A DNA stretch of 64,000 bases from a virus (Duplodnaviria; Caudoviricetes), in IMG/VR virus record IMGVR_UViG_3300014695_000002, positions 22,000 through 85,999 of that record. The stretch is one strand, 5' to 3'. The position numbers were made by a program, and so were the translations under genes. This document shows, piece after piece, positions 62,360-64,000 of the stretch. The notes beneath the pieces were generated by a model, which saw nothing but the letters and a program-made list of their open reading frames with translations, was not told the origin of the DNA and searched no databases. Within the stretch, counting starts at the first letter, position 1. Each line of letters starts with the position of its first letter.

Positions 62360-62814
62360 TCCAGATCACGATAAATTTCACCAAACAAGGCATAACCCTT
62401 GTCTACACGATCTTCATACTCCCTCATGTCTTGAGTATAGCGATCTGACTCCTCCAGATTACTCACCTCAATCTTACCCACCAAACCACCTTCTTCATTC
62501 GGTACAAACTCGCAATGAAAGTCGTAGTCTGAAATATCCGGCTCATTTTCAGTATTGAATACAAACATTAGCTCTTCCAGATCACCTAGACGCATCTTGT
62601 GTGCAGCATCTACATCAACCTCTTCCCCATAAGCATCTACACCTTGAATCTGTGCCTGCTTCTCAACGTAGCGCATTGGCACTCCAACGCAGTCATGATC
62701 TTTCATGCCCTCGTACAACCTTGTGATATGGGCCAGGATGATTGGTGAAAGGCTGTTACCTGTCCACATTACATCCTTACTGCTAGCAACCCACTTACCT
62801 TTTACTTTGCGCAT
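62353..62814 (-). CDS. conserved acidic hypothetical protein
   Basis: ORF track; LELFGEIYRDLDW-type ending. Confidence 0.75.
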   Translation of the reverse strand: MRKVKGKWVASSKDVMWTGNSLSPIILAHITRLYEGMKDHDCVGVPMRYVEKQAQIQGVDAYGEEVDVDAAHKMRLGDLEELMFVFNTENEPDISDYDFHCEFVPNEEGGLVGKIEVSNLEESDRYTQDMREYEDRVDKGYALFGEIYRDLDW

Positions 62815-63197
62815 TTCCCACCCTCCTTCTTATTAATCACCTTACGCATCTTACCCAAAGCCTTCTCAGCAGTCAACATGTCCATGGGATAAGTCTTGTT
62901 CTCAAAGATGCTCTTGAAGTTGTTAGCACAACGGCTAATCGCCATAACGTTACCTTTGACATAACCCTTGCTGTTATCAATACGATCAATCGTAAGATCA
63001 CTAGACAGAGGCTTACCTTGGCGTGGCATAGTCAGAGTGATGCCGGTGTAAGGGCACTTCTGTGTACGACAAAGGTTACGGAAGGCAATCAGATTAAGCT
63101 TAAACTCCTTACCATCTTTCTTGCAATTATCGAGCTTAGCCTTGTAGAAATCCACCACCCACAATTCAAAGTCAGGACTGAACACTTGTTTGCTCAT
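62802..63197 (-). CDS. His-Me finger (HNH-like) nuclease-fold protein
   Basis: Start MSKQVF after GGAG; CPYTG, TIDRIDNSKGYVKGNV...AN..KS. Confidence 0.75.
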   Translation of the reverse strand: MSKQVFSPDFELWVVDFYKAKLDNCKKDGKEFKLNLIAFRNLCRTQKCPYTGITLTMPRQGKPLSSDLTIDRIDNSKGYVKGNVMAISRCANNFKSIFENKTYPMDMLTAEKALGKMRKVINKKEGGKCAK

Positions 63198-63198
63198 T

Positions 63199-63402
63199 TC
63201 ACTTCTCCAAAAGTTCTTGTTCGTTAGCAAGCCAGTCATAAACTTCTCCAAGCAAATCTTGAACCATCTCAAGCTTATGGTGAATAGCTCGTGGATATCC
63301 AATAGAACAGTGGTGCTGTTGAAGTTCTTGTTCAACCGTACGACGAATAAAATCAGTCATATGAATTACTTCTTGGTAATGATAGCTATCTAATTTGTCC
63401 AT
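63199..63402 (-). CDS. hypothetical protein
   Basis: ORF track. Confidence 0.6.
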   Translation of the reverse strand: MDKLDSYHYQEVIHMTDFIRRTVEQELQQHHCSIGYPRAIHHKLEMVQDLLGEVYDWLANEQELLEK

Positions 63403-63481
63403 CTCAAAATCCTCATGAGAGAAAGGAATTAGGTGTCTCTGATATTGATTTTAGGTCAAATCCTTACAAGCGTCAAGACTT

Positions 63482-63673
63482 TCAATCATCTCTTTTGGCT
63501 CTATCGTTGGTATCAAACAGCAGCCAGAATATCCAACCAATCCCACCAATAATTACAAACAGCAGGAATGGAGGGAATATGAGGCAGACAATCATAAAGA
63601 ACATTACAGCAAGAGTACACATCACAGCCTTAGAAATATTCACAGCTTCATCCCAATAATCTGATTCATGCAA
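63482..63673 (-). CDS. small membrane protein
   Basis: Hydrophobic hairpin. Confidence 0.6.
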   Translation of the reverse strand: MHESDYWDEAVNISKAVMCTLAVMFFMIVCLIFPPFLLFVIIGGIGWIFWLLFDTNDRAKRDD

Positions 63674-63999
63674 TAACTCTGCCGATTACGATAGACATTC
63701 TTGATCATCAGATCACCCTTGTCAGCATCAATGAACTTGGCATCATAATACCAGCCTTCATTCACTTTAATCAAATCCACTTTGTAAGTCAAGAGTACAT
63801 CATCACCAAGCTTAGTAGAAAGGACAACTTGAGTCGTTACAGAGTTTTTAGCAAAGCTTGATTGCTTGTCTTTGATTCGCCAGGACAGATCGCACTTGGT
63901 TCCATCCTTTAGATTCTTATTCAGAGTAACTACAGACTCATTAAGCAGACCTTCAGCTTTCTTGGTGTGAACTTGAGCTACCTCTTGCTGATAACCATA
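63640..63999 (-). CDS. partial hypothetical protein (5' end outside window)
   Basis: Open - frame YGYQQEVAQVHTKK...NQIIGMKL*. Confidence 0.6.
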   Translation of the reverse strand, partial: YGYQQEVAQVHTKKAEGLLNESVVTLNKNLKDGTKCDLSWRIKDKQSSFAKNSVTTQVVLSTKLGDDVLLTYKVDLIKVNEGWYYDAKFIDADKGDLMIKNVYRNRQSYCMNQIIGMKL

Positions 64000-64000
64000 G

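Noticed and set aside
1-64000. Canonical tRNA genes and CRISPR arrays
   Set aside because: No GGTTCRANTCC T-arm in a cloverleaf context and no regularly spaced repeats seen by eye; a tRNAscan-SE/CRISPR finder run is still advisable

Overview
The window is about two-thirds of a lytic, contractile-tailed dsDNA phage genome. Gene order resembles the PAK_P1/Felix O1 type. The host is Gram-negative (spanins, GH19 endolysin) and probably an environmental or plant-associated Pseudomonas; the host call is inference. Layout: (i) 1-10.4 kb, + strand early region of many tiny genes with sigma70 promoters. It includes the C-terminus of a denV-like UV glycosylase, a stand-alone Zn deaminase, a Lar-like protein and a RepL-like wHTH gene followed by an origin/terminus-like non-coding tract. 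(ii) 10.7-25.4 kb, - strand region with dCMP deaminase, metallophosphoesterase, ClpP-like protease, PhoH, mobile nucleases and small paralogue families. (iii) 25.9-61.2 kb, + strand late region: TerS, then a 9.4-kb glycan island (GH5, SGNH esterase, fibre-like proteins, DUF1328, a frameshifted HNH, two glycosyltransferases), then TerL, head, neck, tail, baseplate, an unusual split fibre module and a lysis cassette with two spanin-like pairs. (iv) 61.3-64 kb, - strand genes. The top candidate for a new system is a pair of homologous, promoter-driven, highly structured ~360-420 nt non-coding elements at 25.5-25.9 kb (+) and 52.2-52.6 kb (-), which share an exact 19-mer and three further collinear motifs. 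Next are the glycan island and an HNH gene split at a lambda-type GGGAAAG -1 slippery site. All family names come from motif recognition by eye; no database search was run. I found no canonical tRNA or CRISPR array by eye.
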